Positions 8,905 to 17,946 are shown, numbered from the stretch's first letter. The stretch is 62,283 nt of DNA from Vicinamibacteria bacterium (GCA_031371345.1 JANMJM010000070.1:1-62283), one strand, 5' to 3'. The notes: generated by a model from the sequence alone, not told the origin. Made by a program: numbers and translations.

Positions 8905-9300
8905 CTATCTTTTCGCCTTGAGCAGTGTGACGAGATCGCGGTGCGCGAACACCGCATCGGGGCTTTCCTGCAGCGCGGCGTAGTAGCGCTGCTCGTAGGG
9001 GTTCCCGGTTTCGTTCGGCGACGTCAAATCCCGCACGTGCCCCAGCACGGCTTCAAGATCGCCCGCGCCCGGAGGGATCTCGTCGTCGAGCATCTCGTCA
9101 ATGCGCACGACCATCTGCGACAGGCCTCGCAGCCACGCGAATTGAGGCTCTTTGAGCAGGGCATCGAGCAGCTGATTGCTCGTCAGACGCCCATTTGCGC
9201 GCTCGAAACCGGCGCGTTCCCAATCGAGCAGCGTTTTGTGAAGACGCAGCAGCGCTTGCCGAACATCCTTCAGTAATTTCTGCGCAGGTCCAGACTCCAT
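8905..9300 (-). CDS. Hypothetical cytoplasmic protein
   Basis: A 131-aa ORF with protein-like composition that fills the gap exactly. It lies divergent from recQ across a 24-nt spacer. Confidence 0.55.
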   Translation of the reverse strand: MESGPAQKLLKDVRQALLRLHKTLLDWERAGFERANGRLTSNQLLDALLKEPQFAWLRGLSQMVVRIDEMLDDEIPPGAGDLEAVLGHVRDLTSPNETGNPYEQRYYAALQESPDAVFAHRDLVTLLKAKR

Positions 9301-9324
9301 CTCCTCAGGATACGATATCCAGGG

Positions 9325-11142
9325 ATGCCCACTTCAAGTCTTCAGAATGTTATCTCCCAATACTGGGGATACACGTCGTTCCGGCCGCTGCAGCGCGAGG
9401 CCATGGACGCCGTGCTGGCGGGACGAGACTCGATTGTGGTGTTGCCCACGGGCGGAGGAAAGTCGCTGTGTTTTCAGGCGCCGGCGATCGTACAAGAGGG
9501 GCTCGCGCTCGTCGTGTCGCCGCTGATCTCGCTGATGAAAGACCAGGTTGACACCCTGGTCGGTAACGGCGTCCCGGCGGCGCTCTATAACAGTTCGCTG
9601 TCGAGCGCGGAGAAGGCCGACGTCACCGCCGGCCTTCGAGAGGGCCGCTTTCGTCTGCTTTACGTATCGCCCGAACGGCTCGTGGGCGAGGGCAGCGAGT
9701 ATTTCATCTCGATGCTATCGGCCTGCCGCGTCAGTTTCGTCGCCATCGATGAAGCGCACTGTATTAGTCAGTGGGGCCACGACTTCAGGCCGGAATATCG
9801 CCAGCTCGGGCGTCTGCGTCAACTGCTGCCCGGCGTTGGCCTTCACGCGTACACCGCCACGGCCACCGCCCGCGTGCGCCGCGATATTGCCGCTCAGCTT
9901 GGGCTGAACGATCCGATCGAGTTCGTCGGCTCCTTCGACCGGCCCAACCTTCTTTACCGATCCGTTCCGCGAGCCACGTTGAAAAAGCAATTGCTCGACG
10001 TGCTCGATCGCCACCGCCGCGAAGCCGGCATCATTTATTGCACGTCGCGCCGTGAAGTTGACGCGCTGGCGGCGTGGTTGACGGGGATTGGAGTCACCGC
10101 TCTGCCGTACCATGCAGGGCTTTCCGATGAAGAGCGCAGCCGTCACCAGGACGCGTTCCTCAGCGAGCGCGCCGACGTAATTGTCGCAACCGTCGCCTTC
10201 GGCATGGGCATCGATCGGTCCGACGTTCGCTTTGTCGTCCACGCCGGCGCTCCCCGTTCGCTGGAACATTATCAGCAGGAATCGGGACGGGCGGGCCGCG
10301 ACGGGCTCGAAGCCGAGTGTCTGCTCATTTATTCGTCGGCCGATTTCATGAAATGGCGCGTGATGCTCGAGCGCAACGGCGAGCTCACCGATGCCGCGCA
10401 AACGCTGCTGCGTCAGATGGAGCGGTACGCCGCGGGCGTCGCCTGCCGCCATCGCCATCTTGCGGAGTATTTCGGCGATCGCTACCCGAAAGACGGTTGC
10501 GCCGGTTGCGACTATTGTCTGAACGAGCTGGAACCAGCGGGCGAACCTGTTCCGCTGGCGCGCAAAATTCTTTCCTGTGTGGCCCGCGTAGGGCAGCGAT
10601 TCGGCGCCACCCATGTCGCAAGTGTCCTGCGAGGGCACGCGAGCGACCAGGTTGTGACGAGAGGCCACGGCAACCTCAGCACGTTCGGTCTGCTACCGGC
10701 GGCATCCGTCGCCGAGATCCGCGGATACATCGAGCAGCTCACGGCAGTGGGCCTCTTACATCAGACAGACGACGCGTATCCCGTTCTCAAGCTCACTGGT
10801 CGAGGACTCGAGTTGTTGAAAGATGAGGCGAGCTGCCCGGGCTTGAGGCTTGCGCGGCAGCGTCCACCCCGCAAGGACGCGCCTCGCACGCGGTCGCGCA
10901 TTGAGGCCGAGTCGTGGCAGGACGTCGATCGCGGCCTCTTCGACCGGCTACGCGCGGTACGGCTGGAGATCGCTCGCTCCCGCGGCGTGCCGCCGTACGT
11001 GATTTTCCACGACGCGACGCTGCGCGAGATGGCGCGCCTGCGGCCGCGATCGCTCGACGCGCTGCTCCAGGTCAAAGGCGTCGGCGCGCGCAAAGCCGAA
11101 GATCTCGGCGACGTGTTTCTTACCGCCATCCGCGAACACTAA
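9325..11142 (+). CDS. recQ: ATP-dependent DNA helicase RecQ
   Basis: YWGYTSFRPLQREA, PTGGGKSLCFQ, DEAHCISQWGHDFRPEY, an RQC-like region, and a C-terminal HRDC-like LFDRLRAVRLEIARSRGVPPYVIFHDATLREMA. Confidence 0.95.
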   Translation: MPTSSLQNVISQYWGYTSFRPLQREAMDAVLAGRDSIVVLPTGGGKSLCFQAPAIVQEGLALVVSPLISLMKDQVDTLVGNGVPAALYNSSLSSAEKADVTAGLREGRFRLLYVSPERLVGEGSEYFISMLSACRVSFVAIDEAHCISQWGHDFRPEYRQLGRLRQLLPGVGLHAYTATATARVRRDIAAQLGLNDPIEFVGSFDRPNLLYRSVPRATLKKQLLDVLDRHRREAGIIYCTSRREVDALAAWLTGIGVTALPYHAGLSDEERSRHQDAFLSERADVIVATVAFGMGIDRSDVRFVVHAGAPRSLEHYQQESGRAGRDGLEAECLLIYSSADFMKWRVMLERNGELTDAAQTLLRQMERYAAGVACRHRHLAEYFGDRYPKDGCAGCDYCLNELEPAGEPVPLARKILSCVARVGQRFGATHVASVLRGHASDQVVTRGHGNLSTFGLLPAASVAEIRGYIEQLTAVGLLHQTDDAYPVLKLTGRGLELLKDEASCPGLRLARQRPPRKDAPRTRSRIEAESWQDVDRGLFDRLRAVRLEIARSRGVPPYVIFHDATLREMARLRPRSLDALLQVKGVGARKAEDLGDVFLTAIREH

Positions 11143-13046
11143 TGCCTCTTCTGACACTCGATCACGTCTCGATGGCCTACGGACATCTGCCGCTGCTCGA
11201 AGATGCGAGCATGCAGATTGACGCGCGCGAACGCGTTTGCCTGATCGGACGCAACGGAACCGGAAAATCCACGCTTCTGCAAATCATCAGCGGCGACGTG
11301 ACGCCGGATGCCGGCAGCATCTGGCGGATGCCCGGCATCCGCGTCGCCAGGCTCGTGCAGGACGTGCCCCTCTCCGACGATCGTCCGGTGTTCGACATCG
11401 TGTCGGAAGGACTCGGCGAGCTTGGCGATCTGGCTGCGGCTTACCATCACGCAGCAGTTGCAGTGGCAGAACACGGGACTGACGCCTCACTGGCGACGCT
11501 GGGGCGGCTACAGCACGAGCTCGACGAGCGCGACGGATGGAGGGTCGAGCAGCGCGTCGAATTGGTTCTCCAGCGGCTCGATCTTCCCTCCGACGTCAGG
11601 GTGGATACGTTGTCGGGCGGCTGGAAACGCCGTGTGCTGCTCGCCCGCGCGCTGGTCGCTCAACCCGATCTGCTGCTGCTCGACGAGCCGACCAACCATC
11701 TCGACATCGAAGCCATGATGTGGCTCGAGACGTTTCTCATCGATTATCCCGGCTCCGTCGTTTTCGTCACGCACGATCGCGCCTTTCTCCGGCGTGTCGC
11801 CACGCGCATCGTCGAGCTCGATCGCGGAGTACTCACGTCGTGGCCTGGAGACTACGACACGTTTCTTCGGAGGAAAGAAGAGTGGCTCGCCAACGAGGCG
11901 GTGCACAATCAGAAATTCGACAAACGGCTGGCGCAGGAAGAGGTGTGGCTTCGCCAGGGGATTAAGGCACGGCGAACACGCGATGAGGGGCGCGTCCGCC
12001 GCCTGCTCGCGATGCGCGAAGAACGGGCGGCGCGTCGCGCGCTTGTTGGCAGCGTGCGGCTGCAGTCGGAAAGCGCCGATCGATCGGGGCAAATGGTGTT
12101 TGAGGCCGAGCAGGTCGTTAAATCATTTGGCGATAACACGGTGGTACACGATGTGTCGACACGTGTGATGCGCGGCGATCGCATCGGCCTGATCGGTCCC
12201 AATGGCGCCGGGAAGACCACGCTGCTTCGTATGTTGATGGGAGAGATCCAGCCGGATAGCGGAGAGGTTCGGCGCGGCGCCAACGTGCAAATTGCGTATT
12301 ACGACCAGCAGCGCGAACAGCTCGATCCCGAGCGCACGGTCTTCGACACGGTGGGTGAAGGCAACGATACGGTGACGGTGAACGGCCGGACGCAGCACGT
12401 GCACGGCTACCTGCGAGACTTTCTGTTCCCTCCCGAGCGGGTCACCTCGCCCGTGAAGGCACTGTCGGGTGGAGAGCGAAATCGATTGCTGCTTGCGCGG
12501 TTGTTTACGCGACCGGCAAACGTGCTCGTGCTCGACGAACCGACGAACGATCTCGATATCGAAACGCTGGAGTTGCTGGAGGCGTACCTGACCGAGTGGC
12601 CGGGCACGCTGCTGCTCGTGAGCCACGACCGCGCGTTCATCGACGACGTCGTGACGAGCACTCTGGTCTTCGAGGGCGATGGGCGCGTTCAGGAGTTCGT
12701 TGGCGGATATGAAGACTGGTTGAGGCAGCGGTCAGAACCCGCGCCGGTCGCCACACCGTCGGCTCCTGCGGCTCAAAAAGCCACGGCCGGCCAGGCGCCG
12801 ACCGCTCCGGCCTCTCGCAAGAAGCTTTCGTATCGCGAGCAGAAGGAGCTGGCCGACTTGCCGGATCGCATTCAGGCGCTCGAAGCCGAGCAACAACGGC
12901 TGAATACAGCGGTTGCCGATCCGGACTTCTACAAGGAGCCGGCCGGCATCATCAAGCGAACGCTCGCCCGCGTCGACGCACTTCGCGACGAACTGCTCCA
13001 GGTGTACGCACGTTGGGGCGATCTCGACTCGCGCACGAAACCGTAG
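11142..13046 (+). CDS. uup: ABC-F family ATPase (Uup-like)
   Basis: Two ABC cassettes (GRNGTGKST...LSGGWKRR...LLLDEPTNHLD and GPNGAGKTT...LSGGERNR...LVLDEPTNDLD) and a C-terminal coiled-coil tail KLSYREQKELADLPDRIQALEAEQQRL. The ATG at 11142 overlaps the recQ TAA by 1 nt. The Arg-rich upstream extension from 10914 was rejected. Confidence 0.9.
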   Translation: MPLLTLDHVSMAYGHLPLLEDASMQIDARERVCLIGRNGTGKSTLLQIISGDVTPDAGSIWRMPGIRVARLVQDVPLSDDRPVFDIVSEGLGELGDLAAAYHHAAVAVAEHGTDASLATLGRLQHELDERDGWRVEQRVELVLQRLDLPSDVRVDTLSGGWKRRVLLARALVAQPDLLLLDEPTNHLDIEAMMWLETFLIDYPGSVVFVTHDRAFLRRVATRIVELDRGVLTSWPGDYDTFLRRKEEWLANEAVHNQKFDKRLAQEEVWLRQGIKARRTRDEGRVRRLLAMREERAARRALVGSVRLQSESADRSGQMVFEAEQVVKSFGDNTVVHDVSTRVMRGDRIGLIGPNGAGKTTLLRMLMGEIQPDSGEVRRGANVQIAYYDQQREQLDPERTVFDTVGEGNDTVTVNGRTQHVHGYLRDFLFPPERVTSPVKALSGGERNRLLLARLFTRPANVLVLDEPTNDLDIETLELLEAYLTEWPGTLLLVSHDRAFIDDVVTSTLVFEGDGRVQEFVGGYEDWLRQRSEPAPVATPSAPAAQKATAGQAPTAPASRKKLSYREQKELADLPDRIQALEAEQQRLNTAVADPDFYKEPAGIIKRTLARVDALRDELLQVYARWGDLDSRTKP

Positions 13047-13072
13047 TGCGAACGCGCTGTAAGATGTAATGC

Positions 13073-13414
13073 GTGTCCGTGAAGGTGTACTCGACAGAGT
13101 CGGGCCGAATCTGCCCGACGTGTGGCTGGCCAGCGAACGACTGCAAGTGCAGCGCGACGCTGTGTGTAGAGCCTGTTCCCGCCAAAGTGATTGCGAAGCT
13201 GCGCATCGAAACGAAAGGTCGCGGAGGCAAGACGGTCACGGTCGTCTACGATCTCCCGCGCAACTCGGCCTTTCTGAAAGACCTGAGCCAGGAACTGAAG
13301 CGCACCTGCGGCACTGGCGGGGCGGTGTCGGACAATACGGTCGAGCTCCAAGGTGATCAGCGAGAGCGCGTACGGCCGGTGTTGTTGAAAAAAGGCTGGA
13401 CCGTGAAGGGATAA
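13073..13414 (+). CDS. yciH: SUI1/YciH-family translation initiation factor
   Basis: CPTCGWPANDCKC N-terminus and KGRGGKTVTVVYDL...LKRTCGTGGAV...VELQGDQRERV..LLKKGW, the typical SUI1 pattern. Confidence 0.9.
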   Translation: MSVKVYSTESGRICPTCGWPANDCKCSATLCVEPVPAKVIAKLRIETKGRGGKTVTVVYDLPRNSAFLKDLSQELKRTCGTGGAVSDNTVELQGDQRERVRPVLLKKGWTVKG

Positions 13415-13419
13415 AGACT

Positions 13420-13489
13420 GGGCGATTAGTGATTGAGTGATAGGAATTCCGTGAAGAGGAATTTCCTATCGCCCAATCACCTATCGCTC
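13420..13489. terminator. Long imperfect hairpin downstream of yciH
   Basis: GGGCGATTAGTGATTGAGTGATAGGAATTCC-gtgaaga-GGAATTTCCTATCGCCCAATCACCTATCGCTC. The arms show approximately 7-nt periodicity (GAT / ATC spacing). There is no U-tract. Confidence 0.45.
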
Positions 13490-13628
13490 AATCGTCACTT
13501 ACGTACTATGTGGCGCCATGGATCACGCCATCGCCTTGTATCGCTCGGTGGGATTTCAGGAGATACCGTCGTACTACGTGAACCCTCTTCCGAACGCGTT
13601 GTATTTACTTTCTAGTTCTACTTTTTAG
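13455..13628 (+). pseudogene. C-terminal remnant of a GNAT-family N-acetyltransferase
   Basis: The frame opens after the TGA at 13452. The translation ...GAMDHAIALYRSVGFQEIPSYYVNPLPNALYLL* matches the conserved GNAT C-terminal beta-alpha motif (A-x-x-LY-x-x-x-GF). Nothing upstream encodes the acetyl-CoA-binding motif. Confidence 0.55.
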
Positions 13629-13640
13629 TTTCTAGTTAAC
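13606..13640. repeat. T-rich degenerate heptamer-periodic tract (TCTAGTT repeated at 13611 and 13631) upstream of efpL
   Basis: Read directly: ...tactttctagttctactttttagtttctagttaac. It is followed by TACAAT (13641..13646) 8 nt before the ATG. Confidence 0.5.
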
Positions 13641-13654
13641 TACAATACACCCCT

Positions 13655-14227
13655 ATGTCTTTGATTGAGGCGATCGACATCAAGCGCAAGATGTATTTCG
13701 AGTACGACGGCGCGCCGTACCACGTGCTCGACGTCGAGGTCTCGCGTCCAACGGCACGCGGCGGCCAGACGCTCGTTCGCATCAAGATGCGGAATCTGAT
13801 GACGCGGGCCGTCTTCGACAAAACGTTCAAAGCCGGCGAAAAGTTCGAGGAGCCCGATCTCGTCGTCGAGCCCGCGGCGTTTCTCTATGCCGACGGCGTG
13901 GGGTATCACTTCATGGATCAGGAGAGCTACGAACAACTGACGCTTCGCAGAGACATGCTCGGCGAGGATACGCAGTTGCTCGTCGACAATCTGGTCGTGC
14001 AGGTACAGAAATTCAACGGCAATCCGATTGGCGTCCAGTTTCCCGCGCACATCGAGCTGACCGTCACATCGACCGAGCCGGGCGCGCGCGGCAATACGGC
14101 GAGCGGCAGCGTCACGAAAACAGCGACCACCGAAACAGGACTCGAGGTTCAGGTACCGCTGTTCATCAAAGAGGGCGAGAAGATCAAAGTGCACTCTGAG
14201 ACGCGGGAGTTCGCTGGTCGCGCATAG
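13655..14227 (+). CDS. efpL: Elongation factor P-like protein (EfpL/YeiP subfamily)
   Basis: EF-P three-domain pattern. The loop SRPTARGGQTLVRIKM and the C-terminal ...REFAGRA resemble E. coli YeiP/EfpL (SPTARG loop, ...YMGRAD end) rather than the KPGKG loop of canonical EF-P. Confidence 0.8.
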   Translation: MSLIEAIDIKRKMYFEYDGAPYHVLDVEVSRPTARGGQTLVRIKMRNLMTRAVFDKTFKAGEKFEEPDLVVEPAAFLYADGVGYHFMDQESYEQLTLRRDMLGEDTQLLVDNLVVQVQKFNGNPIGVQFPAHIELTVTSTEPGARGNTASGSVTKTATTETGLEVQVPLFIKEGEKIKVHSETREFAGRA

Positions 14228-14888
14228 GCGATAGCCACGCCTCGAACTCCGGGTAGCGCTCGAGGATGTCAGCCGGGTCTCGAAAGATCGCAATGCACCC
14301 GGTCTGCCGCAAGTCGGCTTCAGGAAAGCCGCCGCACAACACGCCAATCGTCCTCGCTCCGGCCCTGCCTGCGGCAATGGCGTCGTATGGAGAATCGCCG
14401 ATGACTATCGCGCGCGACGGTTCCGTGCGCAACCGTCCTAATGCCACTTCGAACACATCAGGGCACGGCTTCGAGCAATCCACATCGTCGGCAGAGGTCT
14501 CGGCGTCGACAAGTTCGGCGATGTTCGCCAGGCGTTTGTAGATCGCCACTTCGTCGGACTTCGCCGAGGATGCGAGACCGATGCGGTGGTGACGCTCTTT
14601 GATGCGCGTAAGCAACTCGCGGACTTTCGGAAACGGACGAAGCTGCGGAAGATATTCACGTTTGAAGAGCTCGCTTCGGTAGGCTTCGATCTGACTTTTC
14701 AGCGCGTCGAGTTTGTCGGGAGGAACGAAGACAGGCAGTAGTTGGTCGCCGCCCTTGCCGATCTGGGACCGCACGTCTTCGAACGACACACAGAACCCGA
14801 AGTGGGCGAACGTCTCGTGCCATGCCTTCGCGTGAAAATCGACCGAGTCGATCAGCGTGCCGTCGATGTCGAAGATAGCGGCGGTCAT
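14184..14888 (-). CDS. HAD-superfamily hydrolase (subfamily IA phosphatase-like)
   Basis: Motif I FDIDGTLIDS, motif II-like GLASSA and motif III-IV VIGDSPYDAIAAGRAG. The 3-prime end overlaps efpL by 44 nt (convergent). Confidence 0.85.
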   Translation of the reverse strand: MTAAIFDIDGTLIDSVDFHAKAWHETFAHFGFCVSFEDVRSQIGKGGDQLLPVFVPPDKLDALKSQIEAYRSELFKREYLPQLRPFPKVRELLTRIKERHHRIGLASSAKSDEVAIYKRLANIAELVDAETSADDVDCSKPCPDVFEVALGRLRTEPSRAIVIGDSPYDAIAAGRAGARTIGVLCGGFPEADLRQTGCIAIFRDPADILERYPEFEAWLSPMRDQRTPASQSAL

Positions 14889-14925
14889 TCCGCAGCTTTC
14901 GGTGCATTAACCGGGCCAGCCGCAG

Positions 14926-15330
14926 CTAATTGACTCGTTCCTGGACAGTAAAAGACCAGTCAAGATCTTGCGAATCGATGACGGCGAAAAATACGCGCGG
15001 GTCTTCGCCGACAAACGCGGTGCCTTTGCCGGGGCCTTTCTGATCGAGCGCCACGAATAACGGACGGCCGCTAATCGCGCTGTGAATGGTGAGCTTGAAG
15101 GCGCCCGAAGCAGCCCCGGCCGGCTTGGCCTCCCACTGGATGCGCATCACACCCGTATCGCTCGTAAACGATTGTGTTTGCTCGTTGCCGTGGCCGGAGA
15201 ATGTGCCAAGCGTGCGCCAGTCGATGTGTGATGTGGAATTTTGAGGCGGCGGCGGAGCCTGCGCGGGGCTACAGGACGCGCACGTGAGAAGCAGCATAAC
15301 GAACAAAGGGGACGGGAATCCTTTTCTCAA
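14926..15330 (-). CDS. Hypothetical lipoprotein
   Basis: TTG start preceded by GGAG. Signal plus lipobox-like MRKGFPSPLFVMLLLTCASC. Confidence 0.55.
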   Translation of the reverse strand: MRKGFPSPLFVMLLLTCASCSPAQAPPPPQNSTSHIDWRTLGTFSGHGNEQTQSFTSDTGVMRIQWEAKPAGAASGAFKLTIHSAISGRPLFVALDQKGPGKGTAFVGEDPRVFFAVIDSQDLDWSFTVQERVN

Positions 15331-15351
15331 AAGACTCCTGTCCCCAATTGG

Positions 15352-15386
15352 CAGAACCCAAAACCTAGAACCCAGAACCCAGAACC
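15352..15386. repeat. 5 x 7-bp tandem repeat (CAGAACC CAAAACC TAGAACC CAGAACC CAGAACC) in an intercistronic spacer
   Basis: Read directly. On the mRNA-sense (minus) strand it reads GGTTCTG GGTTCTG GGTTCTA GGTTTTG GGTTCTG. It lies between the stop at 15390 and the start at 15330. Confidence 0.9.
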
Positions 15387-15389
15387 TCG

Positions 15390-17876
15390 CTACACGTGCG
15401 CCGTCAGCGGCCGCATCATCGGATGCCCCGCTTCGAGCGACGCGAGGATGCCGTCGGCATTCACCGGCGCCCGCCGGAACACTTCATCGCCCACCGCGGC
15501 CGAGATTGCATTCAGCACTGCCGAGCAGCCAGACGCCACGGGCGGCTCGCCGATTCCTCGCGCGCCGACTGGTGACTCTGGATCTGCAAGGCCGACCGCA
15601 GCCCACTGCATGTTGTTCGGCACGTCGAGAATCGTGGGTGGCTTGTTGTTGTAGAAGCGCCGCGCCAGCGCCACGCCGTACTTCTGGTCGTACACCCACT
15701 TCTGTCCGATGGCGTGGCCGATGCCGAGAATCGAACGTCCGAGGATCTGGCCGCCAAGCGCCGCTGGATGGATGACCGTTCCGACGTCGGCGACCGACGC
15801 AAAGTCGGTGACCCTGTAGACACCGGTTTCGACGTCCACTTCAACCTCAGCAAAAGCCACCGTGAATGACAGCGTCGCGCCGTCTCGCGGGTAGCTGTCG
15901 CGCGCAATGCCCATCAAACCCTGACCAGCAAGCGCGACGGCTGAGCGCTTCGTGAACGCGTTGACCTCTTTGGGTACTTCGTGGCCGTCGAAGATGCCAC
16001 CGAGCTCGATTGCGCGCTGCGCAGCCTTTGCGAGCGTCATGCCCGCTCCGCCGCCTTTGCGCGCGACGCGCTCGTTGGCGACGACGTAGTCTTCCGGCTT
16101 GCCTCCCAGATCCTTTGCCGCGATCTGTTGCAGTTTCTTGATGCCGTCCATCGCCACAGCGTGCGCCGTGCGCGTGTGCGCGTGAATTGTCTGGCTGCCA
16201 CCAGACACGCAGCTCCACGGCAGGTTCTTGGACGTATCGCCCCAGGTGATTTCTACTTTCTCCCACGGCACGCCCAGCATCTCCGCGGTCACGCGCTGAC
16301 AGTCGGACCAGGATTCGGTGCCGAGGTTGCCGATACCAGTCTGGACGTAGAGCTTGCCGTCCGGCTTCAGGATGAACAACCCGTCGAACCCGACTGAACC
16401 CGCGTTATATGCGCTGACCGCGACGCCGCTGCCGCGCACTTTCGTGCCCTGACGTTTCCCACTCTGCGCGATTTTCTCATCCCATTTGAAAAGTGCTCTG
16501 CCTTGATCGAGCGCCTCTCTGAGAAAGCAGCTCGTCGAATAGGTTCGCTCGCCCCGTGCATTGGCCGGACCGAACTTCGCTTTGCCGGCAGGCGCATTGA
16601 TTTTCCGGATCTCGACTTGATCGACGCCTAGCTTGCGTGCCGCCTTGGCGACCACCGGCTCCATTAATACGATGCCCTGCATCCCGCCAGGCTGGCTCTG
16701 CGCGCGGCGAGGCGGCGTGTTGGTGATGGCCGTCACTCCGCGCCAGCGCATGGCCTCGGGCTGGAACAGCAGCGACGCGAAGCGGCTCGCAGAGTTGCCG
16801 TCGCCGCCTGGTCCGTACGGTCCACCTTCGACGACGGTGAACATATCGACCGCTGTAATTCGGCCCTCTTTGGTAAACCCGACCTTCATGCGGCCGTGCA
16901 ACGCGGGACGCGCGCCGCCGATGGCATGCTCTTCCTCTCGGCTGATGCGCATCTGCACGGGTGTGCCCGTTTTCTTGGAGAGCAGCGCCGGAATAATATC
17001 AGTGACCGATCCGGTTCCCTTCGCGCCGTAACCGCCACCGCAGAACTCGCTGATGAGCACGATGTTCTCGGGCGGGAGATCCAGCCAGCGCGAGACCGAC
17101 ATGACGGTCTGCGCAACGCTCTGCGTCGACAAGTGGATGTACAACTTGCCGTTCTGCCAGTACGCCATCGACGTGCGGCTTTCGAGGCACTGATGGCTCG
17201 TGTTCGGCGTGATGAAGGTTTCGTCGAGAATCAGATGAGCTTTTTTGAAACCGGCCTCGATGTCACCGTACTTCCAGGACGGATCGGTGTCTTTGCCCAT
17301 CGGCAGTCGGCCAGCCTTGTATTCCTCGACTTCCGCGTCTGTCCATTTCAAATTGGTGACTTCGGGCAGCGGCGGCGGCTGACCCTGCACCGGCGTGGGC
17401 CGAATCCAGACGTTGCCCTCGACGCGCGCGGTCGCCGCTCCCGGCAACAGCGTCGCCACGGGATCCACGTTGAACGGCAGCGGCTCCCACTTCACTTTGA
17501 TTTTCTCGATCGCTTCAGCCGCCGTTAGTTCGTCGACGGCCGCGATGGCAAGAACAGGCTCGCCCTGATAGAGCGGCTCGTCGGTCAGCGCTTTCTCGCT
17601 CTTCGGGTTGGCTCGAATCAACTGGCCCGCGTCGTTGGTCTGATCTTTCGGACCAGGCACATCGTCGGCTCGCAGAATTGCTTTCACGCCGGGCATCGCG
17701 AGCGCCGCGCTCGCGTCGACGCTGATGACGCGCGCGTGGGCGTAAGGACTTAAGAGGAGGCGCGCGAACAGCATCCCTTGCGCGCGGAAATCTTCAGCGT
17801 ATCGTGCGCGGCCAGTGACTTTGGCGCGCAGATCGGCCGTTGAGTAGTTCTGGCCTACCAACTTCTTTTCAGCCAT
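15390..17876 (-). CDS. Xanthine dehydrogenase/aldehyde oxidase-family molybdopterin-binding large subunit
   Basis: N-terminal a/b-hammerhead pattern VGQNYSTADLRAKVTGRARYAEDF...ARLLLSPYAHARVISVD. The 828-aa length and the C-terminal IGEPPV motif are typical of CoxL/XdhB-like subunits. Confidence 0.85.
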   Translation of the reverse strand: MAEKKLVGQNYSTADLRAKVTGRARYAEDFRAQGMLFARLLLSPYAHARVISVDASAALAMPGVKAILRADDVPGPKDQTNDAGQLIRANPKSEKALTDEPLYQGEPVLAIAAVDELTAAEAIEKIKVKWEPLPFNVDPVATLLPGAATARVEGNVWIRPTPVQGQPPPLPEVTNLKWTDAEVEEYKAGRLPMGKDTDPSWKYGDIEAGFKKAHLILDETFITPNTSHQCLESRTSMAYWQNGKLYIHLSTQSVAQTVMSVSRWLDLPPENIVLISEFCGGGYGAKGTGSVTDIIPALLSKKTGTPVQMRISREEEHAIGGARPALHGRMKVGFTKEGRITAVDMFTVVEGGPYGPGGDGNSASRFASLLFQPEAMRWRGVTAITNTPPRRAQSQPGGMQGIVLMEPVVAKAARKLGVDQVEIRKINAPAGKAKFGPANARGERTYSTSCFLREALDQGRALFKWDEKIAQSGKRQGTKVRGSGVAVSAYNAGSVGFDGLFILKPDGKLYVQTGIGNLGTESWSDCQRVTAEMLGVPWEKVEITWGDTSKNLPWSCVSGGSQTIHAHTRTAHAVAMDGIKKLQQIAAKDLGGKPEDYVVANERVARKGGGAGMTLAKAAQRAIELGGIFDGHEVPKEVNAFTKRSAVALAGQGLMGIARDSYPRDGATLSFTVAFAEVEVDVETGVYRVTDFASVADVGTVIHPAALGGQILGRSILGIGHAIGQKWVYDQKYGVALARRFYNNKPPTILDVPNNMQWAAVGLADPESPVGARGIGEPPVASGCSAVLNAISAAVGDEVFRRAPVNADGILASLEAGHPMMRPLTAHV

Positions 17877-17946
17877 ATCGGACCTCCGGTAGAACTCGAA
17901 TCGCCGGTTATTGGATCAGACTTGAAGGTGGAAAGTATACTCCTTC

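Noticed and set aside
10914-11141. N-terminal extension of the ABC-F gene (ORF-track start at 10914).
   Set aside because: The extension is Arg-rich and lies entirely inside recQ. The ATG at 11142 immediately precedes the canonical ABC N-terminus (MPLLTLDHVSMAYG) and is coupled to the recQ stop.
13433-13615. A 60-aa ORF in the yciH-efpL spacer.
   Set aside because: It reads through the hairpin and repeat sequence, and it is out of frame with the only protein-like signal in the spacer (the GNAT C-terminal remnant). It has no SD or family signature.
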